The notes under the pieces are model-generated. The model was not told the DNA's origin. It saw nothing but the letters and a program-made list of their open reading frames with translations, and did no database searches. Shown here in pieces: positions 45,379 to 55,354 of a stretch of DNA of 64,000 nucleotides. Each line of letters opens with the position of its first letter. Positions within the stretch are counted from its first letter, which is position 1. This DNA is from an uncultured Chitinophagaceae bacterium (GTDB lineage Bacteria > Bacteroidota > Bacteroidia > Chitinophagales > CAIOSU01): contig CAYGTK010000001.1 in NCBI GenBank assembly GCA_964352775.1, positions 14,240 through 78,239 on the forward strand, in the 5' to 3' direction. A program made the translations under genes and the position numbers.

Positions 45379-48243
45379 TCAGACCTTTGCCGCCATTGTT
45401 TCCAATTCCTTCTTCAAGAATTTACCTGTGTGGCTCTCTTTGCACTCTGCCACTTTCTCTGGTGTGCCAGTAACTACAATGTTACCCCCTCGATTACCAC
45501 CTTCCGGACCAAGGTCGACAATGTAGTCGGCCACTTTTATCACATCCATGTTATGCTCGATGATAAGAACCGTGTTGCCCTTATCTACTAGTAATTGTAG
45601 AACACCTAGGAGTACTCTTATATCCTCAAAATGTAGACCTGTGGTAGGTTCGTCTAGAATGTAAAAGGTGCTGCCCGTATCTTTTTTACTTAGTTCGCTA
45701 GCAAGCTTTACCCGTTGCGCCTCGCCACCTGATAATGTGGGTGATGATTGTCCCAAGCGGATATAACCCAAACCTACATCCTGCAAGGTTTTCACTTTGC
45801 GATAGATGTTAGGGATGGCTTCAAAAAAAGCAACTGCCTCGTCAACAGCCATATCCAGCACATCGCTGATGGTTTTTCCTTTAAAGCGCACTTCCAAGGT
45901 CTCCCGATTATAGCGGTGACCCATACAACTAGGACATTCCACATATACGTCGGGCAAGAAATTCATCTCAATGGTTTTCACCCCTGCACCTTGGCATTCT
46001 TCGCAGCGGCCTCCCTTTACATTGAAAGAAAAACGTCCTGGTTTGTAACCACGGATCTTCGCCTCTGGCATATTAGCGAACAGACTTCTGATATCGCTAA
46101 ACACGCTGATATAAGTAGCAGGGTTGGAACGCGGCGTTCGCCCAATAGGTGATTGATCTATTTCAATTACCTTATCGATATGCTCTAGGCCGTCAAACGT
46201 TTTATAAGGCATCGGCTTTTGACGAGAACGATACAAATGCTGACGCAAAATTGGATACAAGGTATTATTGATCAAAGTAGATTTTCCACTACCAGATACA
46301 CCTGTTACTAGTGTCATCGTACCCAGCGGTATTTCTATGCTTACGTCTTTCAGGTTATTCCCTGTTGCGCCTGTAAGTTTTAGGCTTTTCCCGTTCCCTT
46401 CTCTTCGTTCTTCAGGTAGAGCAATACGCTCTTCTCCTGATAGATACTTAGCGGTTAGGGTAGGTATTTTTAGAAACTTCTCAGGAGTTCCCTCTCCTAC
46501 TATCTCACCACCTAAACGACCTGCGCCTGGCCCAATATCAATGATATAGTCGCTGGCTAGCATAATGTCTTTATCATGCTCTACTACCAATACAGTATTA
46601 CCTACATCAGCCAATTCCCGAAGGGATTCTATCAGTCGCTGATTATCGCGCTCATGCAGTCCGATGCTTGGCTCATCCAAAATATAGGTGATACCCTGAA
46701 GTTTACTCCCTATCTGTGTAGCCAATCGAATTCGTTGTGACTCTCCACCTGATAAGGTTCTGGTAGGTCGATTGAGCGATAAATAATCCAAACCGACATC
46801 CAATAGGAACTGAACCCTAGCCCGTATTTCCTTCAAAATATCACGCCCAATAGCTCTTTGGCGATCGGATAAGCGGTCTTCCACACCATCAAACCAATTG
46901 TATAGGTCAGATAGGTTCATCTGCGCTAGCTCGGCGATATTATATTCTGCTACTTTAAAGTAAAGTGATTCTCTTTTTAGTCGAGCACCATTACAGGATG
47001 GACAAGTAACAATTGTCATAAACTCTTCTGCCCATCGTCGAATACTGTCAGAAGAAGATTCTTCATAACTGCGACGCACCATATTTATCACTCCTTCAAA
47101 ATCGCTACTGTAGCGACGCTCCATTGCTGTGGTCTTTTTGAAGGTATCTGAGCCATCCTCGTCACCATATAAAATGAGATTGAGTAGGGGTGCAGGTATA
47201 TCTTTTACAGGCATACTTAAGGTGAAATCATGCTTCTTCACCATTTTACGTAGCTCGCGGAACACATAGTTATCGCGCACTTCGCCCAATGGAGCTATAC
47301 CACCTGTGTTGATGCTCAAGTTTTGGTCCGGCAGCACCATTTCCATATCTATGGTAGGCATACTACCCAAACCGTTGCAAGTTGGGCAGGCACCATAAGG
47401 TGAGTTGAAAGAGAAACTATTTGGTGATGGATCTTCATAAGACAAGCCCGATTCCGGGTCCATCAACAACTTACTGAACATGCTCACCTCGCCCGTTTCA
47501 TGGTCTTGAAGCATCAACAGACCGTTACCCATTTCCATGGCCTGTTGGAGTGATTTGTTCAAGCGATCTTCAAAAGCTTCTGTCACTTCCAAGCGATCAA
47601 TAACCGCCTCAATATCGTGGATCTTGTAGCGATCTACCTGCATTTTTGGTGCTATATCTTCTATCTCTCCATCTATCCGCACTTTTAAAAACCCTTGCTT
47701 ACGGATCTTTTCAAATAACTCACGATAGTGCCCTTTTCGTCCACGAACCAAAGGAGCAAGAACGATTATTTTCTTTCCTTCAAAATTGGTCTTGATATGA
47801 TCAAGTATCTGCTTCTCATCGTAGCGCACCATCTTTTTCCCACTCGTGTAGGAGTATGCCTCACCCATTCGGGCGAATAGCAAGCGAAGGAAATCGTATA
47901 CCTCAGTAATAGTTCCTACGGTAGATCTTGGGTTCTTGTTGGTAGTCTTCTGCTCAATGGAAATAACTGGACTTAAGCCTGTTATCTTGTCCACCTCGGG
48001 GCGTTCTAAACCGCCCAAAAACTGGCGGGCATAGGCTGAAAAACTTTCGATGTACCGGCGCTGTCCCTCTGCATAAATAGTATCAAAGGCCAAGGATGAT
48101 TTTCCGCTTCCGCTGATACCCGTAATAACCACGAATTTGTTCCGTGGTATGCTTACATCTACGTTCTTGAGATTGTGCTCACGAGCCCCATAAATATGGA
48201 GATATTCTATCTCAATATCACTTATAGCAGGCAGGTCACTCAT
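45379..48243 (-). CDS. uvrA: excinuclease ABC subunit UvrA
   Basis: Two ABC modules ([20 protein letters not shown]), signature [16 protein letters not shown], and CxxC zinc modules. ATG 48243 is preferred, supported by the adjacent -7 box. Confidence 0.95.
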   Translation of the reverse strand: MSDLPAISDIEIEYLHIYGAREHNLKNVDVSIPRNKFVVITGISGSGKSSLAFDTIYAEGQRRYIESFSAYARQFLGGLERPEVDKITGLSPVISIEQKTTNKNPRSTVGTITEVYDFLRLLFARMGEAYSYTSGKKMVRYDEKQILDHIKTNFEGKKIIVLAPLVRGRKGHYRELFEKIRKQGFLKVRIDGEIEDIAPKMQVDRYKIHDIEAVIDRLEVTEAFEDRLNKSLQQAMEMGNGLLMLQDHETGEVSMFSKLLMDPESGLSYEDPSPNSFSFNSPYGACPTCNGLGSMPTIDMEMVLPDQNLSINTGGIAPLGEVRDNYVFRELRKMVKKHDFTLSMPVKDIPAPLLNLILYGDEDGSDTFKKTTAMERRYSSDFEGVINMVRRSYEESSSDSIRRWAEEFMTIVTCPSCNGARLKRESLYFKVAEYNIAELAQMNLSDLYNWFDGVEDRLSDRQRAIGRDILKEIRARVQFLLDVGLDYLSLNRPTRTLSGGESQRIRLATQIGSKLQGITYILDEPSIGLHERDNQRLIESLRELADVGNTVLVVEHDKDIMLASDYIIDIGPGAGRLGGEIVGEGTPEKFLKIPTLTAKYLSGEERIALPEERREGNGKSLKLTGATGNNLKDVSIEIPLGTMTLVTGVSGSGKSTLINNTLYPILRQHLYRSRQKPMPYKTFDGLEHIDKVIEIDQSPIGRTPRSNPATYISVFSDIRSLFANMPEAKIRGYKPGRFSFNVKGGRCEECQGAGVKTIEMNFLPDVYVECPSCMGHRYNRETLEVRFKGKTISDVLDMAVDEAVAFFEAIPNIYRKVKTLQDVGLGYIRLGQSSPTLSGGEAQRVKLASELSKKDTGSTFYILDEPTTGLHFEDIRVLLGVLQLLVDKGNTVLIIEHNMDVIKVADYIVDLGPEGGNRGGNIVVTGTPEKVAECKESHTGKFLKKELETMAAKV

Positions 48244-48249
48244 AGGGCG

Positions 48250-48257
48250 CAAAATTA
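48250..48257 (-). promoter_or_regulatory. -7 promoter box (TAATTTTG on minus strand) for uvrA
   Basis: CAAAATTA on the plus strand, 6 nt upstream of minus ATG 48243. Confidence 0.4.
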
Positions 48258-48300
48258 CGGCATTTTAACGCCCTTTGGAAGTGTAAAGTTTAGTTTCCCC

Positions 48301-48330
48301 AATAAAAAAGGCGAGCCAACTAGCTCGCCT
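48301..48330 (-). terminator. rho-independent terminator of the TonB-dependent receptor gene
   Basis: On the minus strand, AGGCGAGC-TAGTTG-GCTCGCCT followed by TTTTTTATT. Confidence 0.75.
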
Positions 48331-48353
48331 TTCTTCTTTATAAATAGACAGGT

Positions 48354-51194
48354 TTATTCTGTTGCTCTTAATCGGTAACTAAAGCCAATTGAAAAATCGC
48401 GACCAGGGACCAACCTAGAGAATACTGCTGGTTCTACATCATATTCCGCTTCATATTGTTTCAACCTGTCATCATTTATCAGGTTACGAGCTGTAAAACT
48501 GATGGAGAACTGATCTGTTTTACCAAAACGCTGACTGATCTTCAAGTTAAGATTGTGAAATGGTACTTCGTATACATCTGGTGAACGACCGATACCAACT
48601 ACTGCTAAGCGCTTACCCTGCACGTTGTAAGATAAACTAGCTGTCAAACCAATTTCGCGGCTGGTATAGTTAAAGCCTGCGTTGATCAAAAATGGAGATT
48701 GACCAAACATAGGGCGGCTAGTGGCTGTGGTTTCCCCTTCTTTTTCATAACGGCGGCGGGCTATTAATTCTTCCTCTGTAAAATCAATGCTAGACTTTAC
48801 ATAGGTTAGGTTCAACACTACAGCAAGGTTTTTTAGCTTCTCCGTAATAAAGCTAAAATTCTTCCTAAGCTCTATTTCTGCACCAAAAACTACTGCCCTA
48901 TCAATGTTTTTTGGAGTTACCTCACGGGTAACCCTATCATTCAGGGCTACTATTTCAATAGGATTCTTAAAGTTTTTGAAGAAACCGCTTATGGAAACCA
49001 TTTCACCACTATTGAAGAAATACTCCCAGCGAACATCAACGTTATCAATACTGGTTTTTTCTACATCAATATTACCATTAAAGCGCACCTCTGTAATTGG
49101 GTCGAAAATAATAGCTGCAGACTTCTCTTTAAACGATGGGCGGGCCGTAGTTCTAGAGTACGATAAGCGCAAGTTCATATTCTCTGATAAGCTATAGATG
49201 AATTGAGCAGAAGGCAAAAAGTCTATTTCATTAAAAATATTCTCATTCTCAAAAGCTACGCTGGAAAATCTTCTACGCCCAGTGTACCAAATGTCTGACT
49301 TCTCAATTCTGATACCCCCAACTAATTTCAAGCGAGCATGAATAGGTAGCTCAATCATGGAATAAACTGCTGCTACATTACTAATTGCCGTAAAATTACT
49401 TGACGCATTCTCTGTTGTAGTAACAAACGTTCCATTCTCATTTGTCTCTGGCATCCAAATATTCTCTTCTTCCCAAAACCAATCAGCACTTCCCCCATCA
49501 ATGGAGGTAATTGCATCACGATTATTAATGGTCAGCTCATAAGTAACGAAATCGCGTCGTTTAGTTACGTTGTAAAAGCCACTCTTGATCTTGGCATCTC
49601 TACCACCGAACATGGTCAGCTTCTTGGTGTGGTCTAGTTTTATATTACCAGTGTGCTCATTCAGGTCACGATATATTCTGCGTGCTCTTCCTGTACCCTC
49701 ACTAAGTACGGTGTCGCCTGTACCAGTTATGTTAAAGCGCATCTGTCTAAGGTCTGGCTCTAACATTATGGAGTAGGTGTAACCACCTTTCCACTCTATT
49801 TCTTGGCTATCATCTTTTAGCACGTGCTTGCCAGTGAGCAAAAAGTTAGTGAGTGAACGCTGAGTATAGGTCAATATATCGGTAACGCCGTTCTGTGCCG
49901 CTTCTGTATCGTTCCAAGTGCGTGCCGTTGCCGAAGCTTCGCCGTTCTGAGTATGGAATATTTGGGCGCTGTATTTATTTCTGTCTGTTTTTAAGGCAAT
50001 GCCTGCCAACCCACTCCATATAACACTCTGCTGACCTAGTGGACCACGCTGAACAGTAATATCTTCAGGGTCAAATCGCTTAGCCGTGGGGTCGGGATCA
50101 TGAAAATAACTACCGAATTCTGCCTCCTCGTAGTATTGAAAGCTATTGGAGTAGGTTAAACCTGCATTAAAACCAAAAGTGTATTTTTTACCCTTGAACT
50201 GGTTACCATAACCAATACGGTAGCGCTGGTTCAAAAAAGCCTGCTCTCTAGCTGCTGAAAGAACAGGAGAAAGGCTTCTTGTAACTTCCGTAAGACTAGG
50301 GTCGTCATTTATTTGCAAACCGATACCAATAATGGAGTCGTAAGAGAAGGCCAATTTGCGTGTACCATCGTCAATACCTAACCAATCGGTTTTTCCACCC
50401 CTATACAAAATGAAATCTTCGTTAAAAGTAGTATTGGTGTTGTATCCCAAAGAAGCCCCTACGTCAAACTGCATAGCGTCAGGAAAACTTTTGGTGGCAA
50501 TATCTACCACACCACCGGTAAAATCGCCAGGTAAGTCTGGGGAAAATGTTTTGTAAACAATAAGATTATCGACTAGGTTGGTTGGGAATATATCCATCTG
50601 CACCGTGTTTCTATCTGGGTCTAAACCAGGTATCTCCATACCGTTCATGATCGTTTTGGTATAGCGATCTCCCAAACCACGAACGTATACATACTTACCC
50701 CCTTCAACTGAAACTCCAGGAACTCTCTGCAAAGCAGAGGCTGCATCGTTATCTCCCGTGCGACGTATACTTTGTGAGGAAACGGCATCTAATACAGACA
50801 CAGATTTCCTTTGAATAGTTAAAAGAGCGTTCTCTGTGTTTTTCGTTTGGGTGGCGGTTACCACTACTTCATTCAGTTCTTCCGCATCTACACCTAAACG
50901 CACATCTATAACTGTTACTTTTCCATCTTCAATTATTACCTCCGTAACCTTCTTAGTACTGAAAGAAATAAATGAAAAATTGATAGCATAAGTACCCGGA
51001 TCAAGCTCTAAGCTATAGTTTCCATCAAGGTCGGTAGCGGTTCCTATATCAGTACCATCTACTATTACATTACCTCCAATAATGGTCTCGCCACTTTCAT
51101 CGTCGAATACGGTTCCGCGTAGCGTACCTTTTTGTGCAACAGCAGCCGTACTTAATAATGCTACTGCCAGCAGCGAGAAAACCAACTTTTTCAT
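48354..51194 (-). CDS. TonB-dependent receptor with N-terminal carboxypeptidase-regulatory-like domain
   Basis: Signal peptide, GTLRGTVFDDESGETIIGGNV (CarbopepD_reg), a plug (DAASALQRVPGV), a large beta-barrel, and a C-terminal ...FSIGFSYRL. Start may be 51194 or 51203. Confidence 0.85.
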   Translation of the reverse strand: MKKLVFSLLAVALLSTAAVAQKGTLRGTVFDDESGETIIGGNVIVDGTDIGTATDLDGNYSLELDPGTYAINFSFISFSTKKVTEVIIEDGKVTVIDVRLGVDAEELNEVVVTATQTKNTENALLTIQRKSVSVLDAVSSQSIRRTGDNDAASALQRVPGVSVEGGKYVYVRGLGDRYTKTIMNGMEIPGLDPDRNTVQMDIFPTNLVDNLIVYKTFSPDLPGDFTGGVVDIATKSFPDAMQFDVGASLGYNTNTTFNEDFILYRGGKTDWLGIDDGTRKLAFSYDSIIGIGLQINDDPSLTEVTRSLSPVLSAAREQAFLNQRYRIGYGNQFKGKKYTFGFNAGLTYSNSFQYYEEAEFGSYFHDPDPTAKRFDPEDITVQRGPLGQQSVIWSGLAGIALKTDRNKYSAQIFHTQNGEASATARTWNDTEAAQNGVTDILTYTQRSLTNFLLTGKHVLKDDSQEIEWKGGYTYSIMLEPDLRQMRFNITGTGDTVLSEGTGRARRIYRDLNEHTGNIKLDHTKKLTMFGGRDAKIKSGFYNVTKRRDFVTYELTINNRDAITSIDGGSADWFWEEENIWMPETNENGTFVTTTENASSNFTAISNVAAVYSMIELPIHARLKLVGGIRIEKSDIWYTGRRRFSSVAFENENIFNEIDFLPSAQFIYSLSENMNLRLSYSRTTARPSFKEKSAAIIFDPITEVRFNGNIDVEKTSIDNVDVRWEYFFNSGEMVSISGFFKNFKNPIEIVALNDRVTREVTPKNIDRAVVFGAEIELRKNFSFITEKLKNLAVVLNLTYVKSSIDFTEEELIARRRYEKEGETTATSRPMFGQSPFLINAGFNYTSREIGLTASLSYNVQGKRLAVVGIGRSPDVYEVPFHNLNLKISQRFGKTDQFSISFTARNLINDDRLKQYEAEYDVEPAVFSRLVPGRDFSIGFSYRLRATE

Positions 51195-51211
51195 ATCCTC
51201 CATTTGTAACT

Positions 51212-51241
51212 CAAAAGCCCTCCGGCCTGAGGCCGGAGGGC
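51212..51241 (-). terminator. hairpin terminator/attenuator between the lipoprotein and TonB-receptor genes
   Basis: 11-bp GC-rich stem GCCCTCCGGCC / GGCCGGAGGGC with a 3-nt loop, followed on the minus strand by TTTTGAGTT. Confidence 0.6.
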
Positions 51242-51270
51242 GTATAAACTTTAATTTATTTCGTTATAAC

Positions 51271-52491
51271 TTACTGTAGTAGTCCAGCGTCATCAACCCA
51301 GGTCCAACCTGTAAATTCAGAAACTGTAGCCCCCACTGTAGCCGTAGCCGGGGTAGAAACTATAGGGTCTGCCAAAAATGCATTGATAACTGTTGAAGTA
51401 TCCTCATCATCGAAAAACAATGTGCTATCCAAAGTTGCACCTACTAGTTCAATGTCACCAGTAAATTCAAGTGAACCGTTAAGGTAGTTGTCTCCACCGC
51501 TTCCATTGATAGATACCCAGTTGGTAAATCCTTCAAAAGAGCAGTTAGAAATAGTGCCTTGTGCACGGCTTTTCAATATCATCGCCCCATTTGCAGCACC
51601 GTTCAGCGCTTTACAAGTAACATTGCGTACGGTGAATGTACCACCATCATTAGTGCCCACTAATTCAGGGCCGTCAAATTCGAAAGCAGCATTACCATCA
51701 GTACCACCTTCAACCAAGATCAGTGCATTGTTAATAGTTCCGCTGTAAGCTTGGTCTAAGTCTAAACCATCATCACCTTGGCGGTACACTACTAGGTCAG
51801 ATAAGTTAACAGCACCACCAAATATCTCAATACCATCATCCTTACTTGCTATTACTTCAATATGGTTAATGGTAGTTCCGCTGCCAACACCACCTAAGGT
51901 TAAACCTTGTAGTTCGTTATCAGCTTCTAGTATAATACCATTGTGACGGATAGATACGTACTGGATATTCCCTGAATTCTCAGCAGCGTTCGTTCCACCA
52001 TAGTTACCTAAGTTAAGAGCAGCTGGTATTCCTTCAATTATATCGATAGCTCCTTCAGAGGCAGAAATAGGTGCATTACCTAATACGATAAACCCTCCCC
52101 AAAGGCCATTATTAGTACCATCTAGGTTAGTACCTCTTTTCTGACCTATTTCAATATTGTCTTGAATAGAAGTCATAATAATTGGATTAGCAGGGGTTCC
52201 AACAGCATTGATCTTTCCTCCAGGAAGGATAATAAGTGCAGAAGCATTCTCTCCTTGGCCATCACCAAATTTCAAAATAGCTCCTGGCTCAATAGTTAAA
52301 GTAGCTCCACTTTCTACTACCCAAAAACCATCAAGTGTTTGTATTTCGCCAGTAGCAAAGGTTCTGTCAGAAGAAATACGTGTTACACCATCTGTGTTGT
52401 CTGGGTCTTTATCATCATCATCATCACAAGAAGTGAATAGACCGGCTAAGATCATAAGGCCAGCTAAAAATTTAATTAGGGAACTGTTCAT
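51271..52491 (-). CDS. predicted surface lipoprotein, probable beta-helix fold (uncharacterised)
   Basis: Lipobox GLFTSC followed by DDDDDKD, from M65 of ORF 51271..52683. Gly/Asn/Asp-rich repetitive strands (GGVGSGTTINHIEV..DDGIEIFGG..DDGLDLD). Confidence 0.6.
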   Translation of the reverse strand: MNSSLIKFLAGLMILAGLFTSCDDDDDKDPDNTDGVTRISSDRTFATGEIQTLDGFWVVESGATLTIEPGAILKFGDGQGENASALIILPGGKINAVGTPANPIIMTSIQDNIEIGQKRGTNLDGTNNGLWGGFIVLGNAPISASEGAIDIIEGIPAALNLGNYGGTNAAENSGNIQYVSIRHNGIILEADNELQGLTLGGVGSGTTINHIEVIASKDDGIEIFGGAVNLSDLVVYRQGDDGLDLDQAYSGTINNALILVEGGTDGNAAFEFDGPELVGTNDGGTFTVRNVTCKALNGAANGAMILKSRAQGTISNCSFEGFTNWVSINGSGGDNYLNGSLEFTGDIELVGATLDSTLFFDDEDTSTVINAFLADPIVSTPATATVGATVSEFTGWTWVDDAGLLQ

Positions 52492-52668
52492 GGTTTTTTG
52501 TTTTCTGTTCGTGTGTAATTTCGATGGCAAAGATGGAGGTCTGCTGTTATGCTGCCTTGACCCTGTTGTTAAGAAAACCTTAACTTTAGATGAAAGGGCA
52601 TTATCTGTTAGCCCTCTGGTTAAAGGTTTGTTAATGTTGCAGTAACCAAATGGACTTACTGTTAACTG

Positions 52669-52676
52669 TAATTTTG
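52669..52676 (+). promoter_or_regulatory. -7 promoter box TAATTTTG for the two-component operon
   Basis: Exact match 8 nt upstream of ATG 52685. Confidence 0.4.
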
Positions 52677-52684
52677 CCAACAAA

Positions 52685-53371
52685 ATGACCCCTATGTCTC
52701 AAGCAATTAAGATATTACTGGTAGATGACGAACCCGACATACTCGAGTTCATGCAATACAACTTAGAAAAGGAAGGCTATGCTATCAGTTTAGCTAGCAA
52801 TGGTAAAGAAGCCATTGAAGTAGCCAAAGAGATAACACCCCACCTTATTCTTCTAGATATTATGATGCCAGAACAAGATGGTATTGAAACGTGTAGAGAG
52901 TTAAGAGAGATAGGGGATTTAAAGAACACTTTGATAGCATTTCTTACTGCTCGAAACGAGGATTACTCACAAATAGCTGGTTTTGATGTGGGTGCAGACG
53001 ACTATATCACTAAGCCCATAAAGCCGCGTTTACTTATTAGCCGTATAAAAGCATTGCTACGCCGCTTTACTACTGAACAAGAAGAGCAAAAAATAAGTAT
53101 CGGCGATATAGAAATAGATAGAGAAAAGTATGTGGTACGTAAAGGAGGTGACACCCTTAATCTGCCTAAAAAGGAATTCGAATTACTGGCTTTATTGGCT
53201 TCTAAGCCAGGTAAGGTTTTTTCCAGAAAAGAGATATTGAATAAGGTATGGGGAAATGAGATAATAGTGGGTGACCGTACTATTGACGTTCACATCCGCA
53301 AGCTGCGCGAAAAATTGGGTGATGATTATTTCAAGACCATCAAAGGCATCGGCTACAAATTCGACCTCTAA
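52685..53371 (+). CDS. OmpR/PhoB family response regulator
   Basis: Receiver domain (LLVDDEPD, phospho-Asp in LDIMMP, ITKP) plus a winged-helix trans_reg_C domain (TIDVHIRKLREK...GIGYKF). Confidence 0.9.
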   Translation: MTPMSQAIKILLVDDEPDILEFMQYNLEKEGYAISLASNGKEAIEVAKEITPHLILLDIMMPEQDGIETCRELREIGDLKNTLIAFLTARNEDYSQIAGFDVGADDYITKPIKPRLLISRIKALLRRFTTEQEEQKISIGDIEIDREKYVVRKGGDTLNLPKKEFELLALLASKPGKVFSRKEILNKVWGNEIIVGDRTIDVHIRKLREKLGDDYFKTIKGIGYKFDL

Positions 53372-53374
53372 TTG

Positions 53375-54421
53375 ATGAAGAACCCCTCACCAAAAGAAAT
53401 AGCGCTCATATCATCTGGGGTCCTCACGGGTTTTTTATTTGTTAGCTTGTTACTAGCATGGAAACTCGCTATACTAAATACCTCTTGGTATGTTGTGCTC
53501 GGCTTTGTTGTAGTTGTTTTTGGTCTATCCTATTGGATGTTCAGTTACTTTTTGCGACAATTCATTTACCGTAAAATCAAGCTGATATACAAGCACATAC
53601 ACGACCTTAAGGCTCCCAAGGGTGCTAAACCCTTACAAATAGACCTTGGAGAAGACATTATTACCGATGTTGAGCAAGAGGTGTACGATTGGGCAACTGA
53701 TAAAACTCAAGAGATAGAAACCCTCCGTAACATGGAGACCTACCGAAAGGAGTTTCTTGGCAACGTTTCGCATGAATTAAAAACTCCCATTTTCAACGCG
53801 CAAGGTTACTTACATACCTTGATAGATGGTGGCTTGAAAGATGAACGCATAAATAAAAGCTACCTGTATAAAGCTTCAAAGAATCTCGATCGCCTAAATC
53901 ATATTGTAGAAGACTTGGAGGTTATTGCTAAGTATGAATCGAATACGCTGCACTTAGACATCACCAAATTCAACATCACTGAATTAATAGAAGAGGTAAT
54001 AGAGAGCTTGGAGATGCAGGCTGACCTCAAAGACATCAAGCTAGCCTTAAAACCTAACACTAATAAAGCGGTATCTGTGCTAGCCGATAGAGAGCGTATT
54101 CGTCAGGTTTTGGTTAACCTAACCACGAATTCCATTAAGTATGGTAATGATTCTGGCAAAACCACCTATGGCATATTCGATATGGACCAAAACATCCTTA
54201 TTGAGGTAACCGATACAGGGTTGGGTATTGAGCAAGAGCACTTGCCTAGACTATTTGAGCGGTTTTATCGAGTTGATAAAAGTCGAGCTAGAGAAATGGG
54301 AGGAACAGGATTAGGATTAGCTATTGTTAAGCATATTGTGGAAGCCCATCACCAAACCATTAATGTTAGAAGTACCGTTGGCCTTGGTTCCACCTTCGGC
54401 TTCACAATAAAGAAGGCTTAG
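53375..54421 (+). CDS. sensor histidine kinase
   Basis: Two N-terminal TM helices, HisKA H-box NVSHELKTP, and HATPase boxes (NSIKYG, DTGLGI, GGTGLGLAIV). Confidence 0.85.
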   Translation: MKNPSPKEIALISSGVLTGFLFVSLLLAWKLAILNTSWYVVLGFVVVVFGLSYWMFSYFLRQFIYRKIKLIYKHIHDLKAPKGAKPLQIDLGEDIITDVEQEVYDWATDKTQEIETLRNMETYRKEFLGNVSHELKTPIFNAQGYLHTLIDGGLKDERINKSYLYKASKNLDRLNHIVEDLEVIAKYESNTLHLDITKFNITELIEEVIESLEMQADLKDIKLALKPNTNKAVSVLADRERIRQVLVNLTTNSIKYGNDSGKTTYGIFDMDQNILIEVTDTGLGIEQEHLPRLFERFYRVDKSRAREMGGTGLGLAIVKHIVEAHHQTINVRSTVGLGSTFGFTIKKA

Positions 54422-55269
54422 TTGTAAGTGTAAAAACCCTTACCTGATTTACGGCCGTGATGCCCGGCTTCAACTTTTTGCTGCTGTATTCTGCTTGGGC
54501 GAAACTTAGCATTTTGATGAAAAGAATCAAACATAGATGTAGTTACTGAAAAGTTAGTGTCTACCCCTATCAGATCCATTAACTGGAAAGGGCCCATTTT
54601 AAAGCCGCTGGCTTGCATCAAGTCATCAATATCTTCGTGTGAGGCTACTCGCTCTTCTAATACTTTTAGTCCTTCTACATAAAAATGTCTGGCTACTCGG
54701 TTAACAATAAAACCAGGGCTATCCTTTGCAATTACAGGGCTGCGCTTCATTTCTTTGGCTAGTTGATATACGGCATCTACCACTTCACTACTCGTTTCCA
54801 CGCCAGCAATAACTTCTACTAAGCGCATAATATGCGCTGGATTAAAAAAGTGCATGCCCACCACTCTTTCTGGGTTAGGTATCGGCGCAGCAATTCTTGT
54901 TATTGGAATGGAAGATGTGTTGGTGGCTAGAATAGTATCAGGGCCGTTTATCTCAGCTAGTTTATGAAAAAGTTCGTGCTTAACATCTAATCGTTCTACT
55001 ACCGCCTCAATAATAATATCGGCTTTAAGCGAATTGATAGAAGTGGTGAATTCTATATTTTGAAGGGCATTATCTCTTTCTACCTCCGTTACCTTGCCAC
55101 GAGCAATTCCTTTGTCTAGATTACTAATTATAGAATTCTTGGCTTTGGCCAGTTGTTCTTCGGCAATATCATATAGCAGCGTTCGTTTTCCTGCCATGGC
55201 TGCTAATTGGGTAATTCCGCTACCCATTGTGCCTGCACCTATTACTCCAATGCTGTTTATGCCTTTCAT
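54418..55269 (-). CDS. 3-hydroxybutyryl-CoA / 3-hydroxyacyl-CoA dehydrogenase
   Basis: IGVIGAGTMGSGI Rossmann motif, NTSS, HFFNPA, and GRKSGKGFYTY. Confidence 0.85.
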   Translation of the reverse strand: MKGINSIGVIGAGTMGSGITQLAAMAGKRTLLYDIAEEQLAKAKNSIISNLDKGIARGKVTEVERDNALQNIEFTTSINSLKADIIIEAVVERLDVKHELFHKLAEINGPDTILATNTSSIPITRIAAPIPNPERVVGMHFFNPAHIMRLVEVIAGVETSSEVVDAVYQLAKEMKRSPVIAKDSPGFIVNRVARHFYVEGLKVLEERVASHEDIDDLMQASGFKMGPFQLMDLIGVDTNFSVTTSMFDSFHQNAKFRPSRIQQQKVEAGHHGRKSGKGFYTYN

Positions 55270-55354
55270 GCTTTAAAGATAGCAGATACCAGCAGACATC
55301 AAGATGCTTTTAGTCCACAAAAATTAGCGAAATGCTTACCTTCCATTCTTTAAA

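Noticed and set aside
52492-52683. N-terminal 64 codons of ORF 51271..52683.
   Set aside because: There is no signal peptide at that start. The internal Met at 52491 begins a textbook lipoprotein signal. The extension would also consume the whole divergent promoter region next to the response regulator.
52685-54421. Naming the two-component pair phoB/phoR.
   Set aside because: Only OmpR-family and HisKA/HATPase features are visible. There is no PAS domain, pst/phoU neighbours or verified Pho boxes, so specific naming is unsupported.
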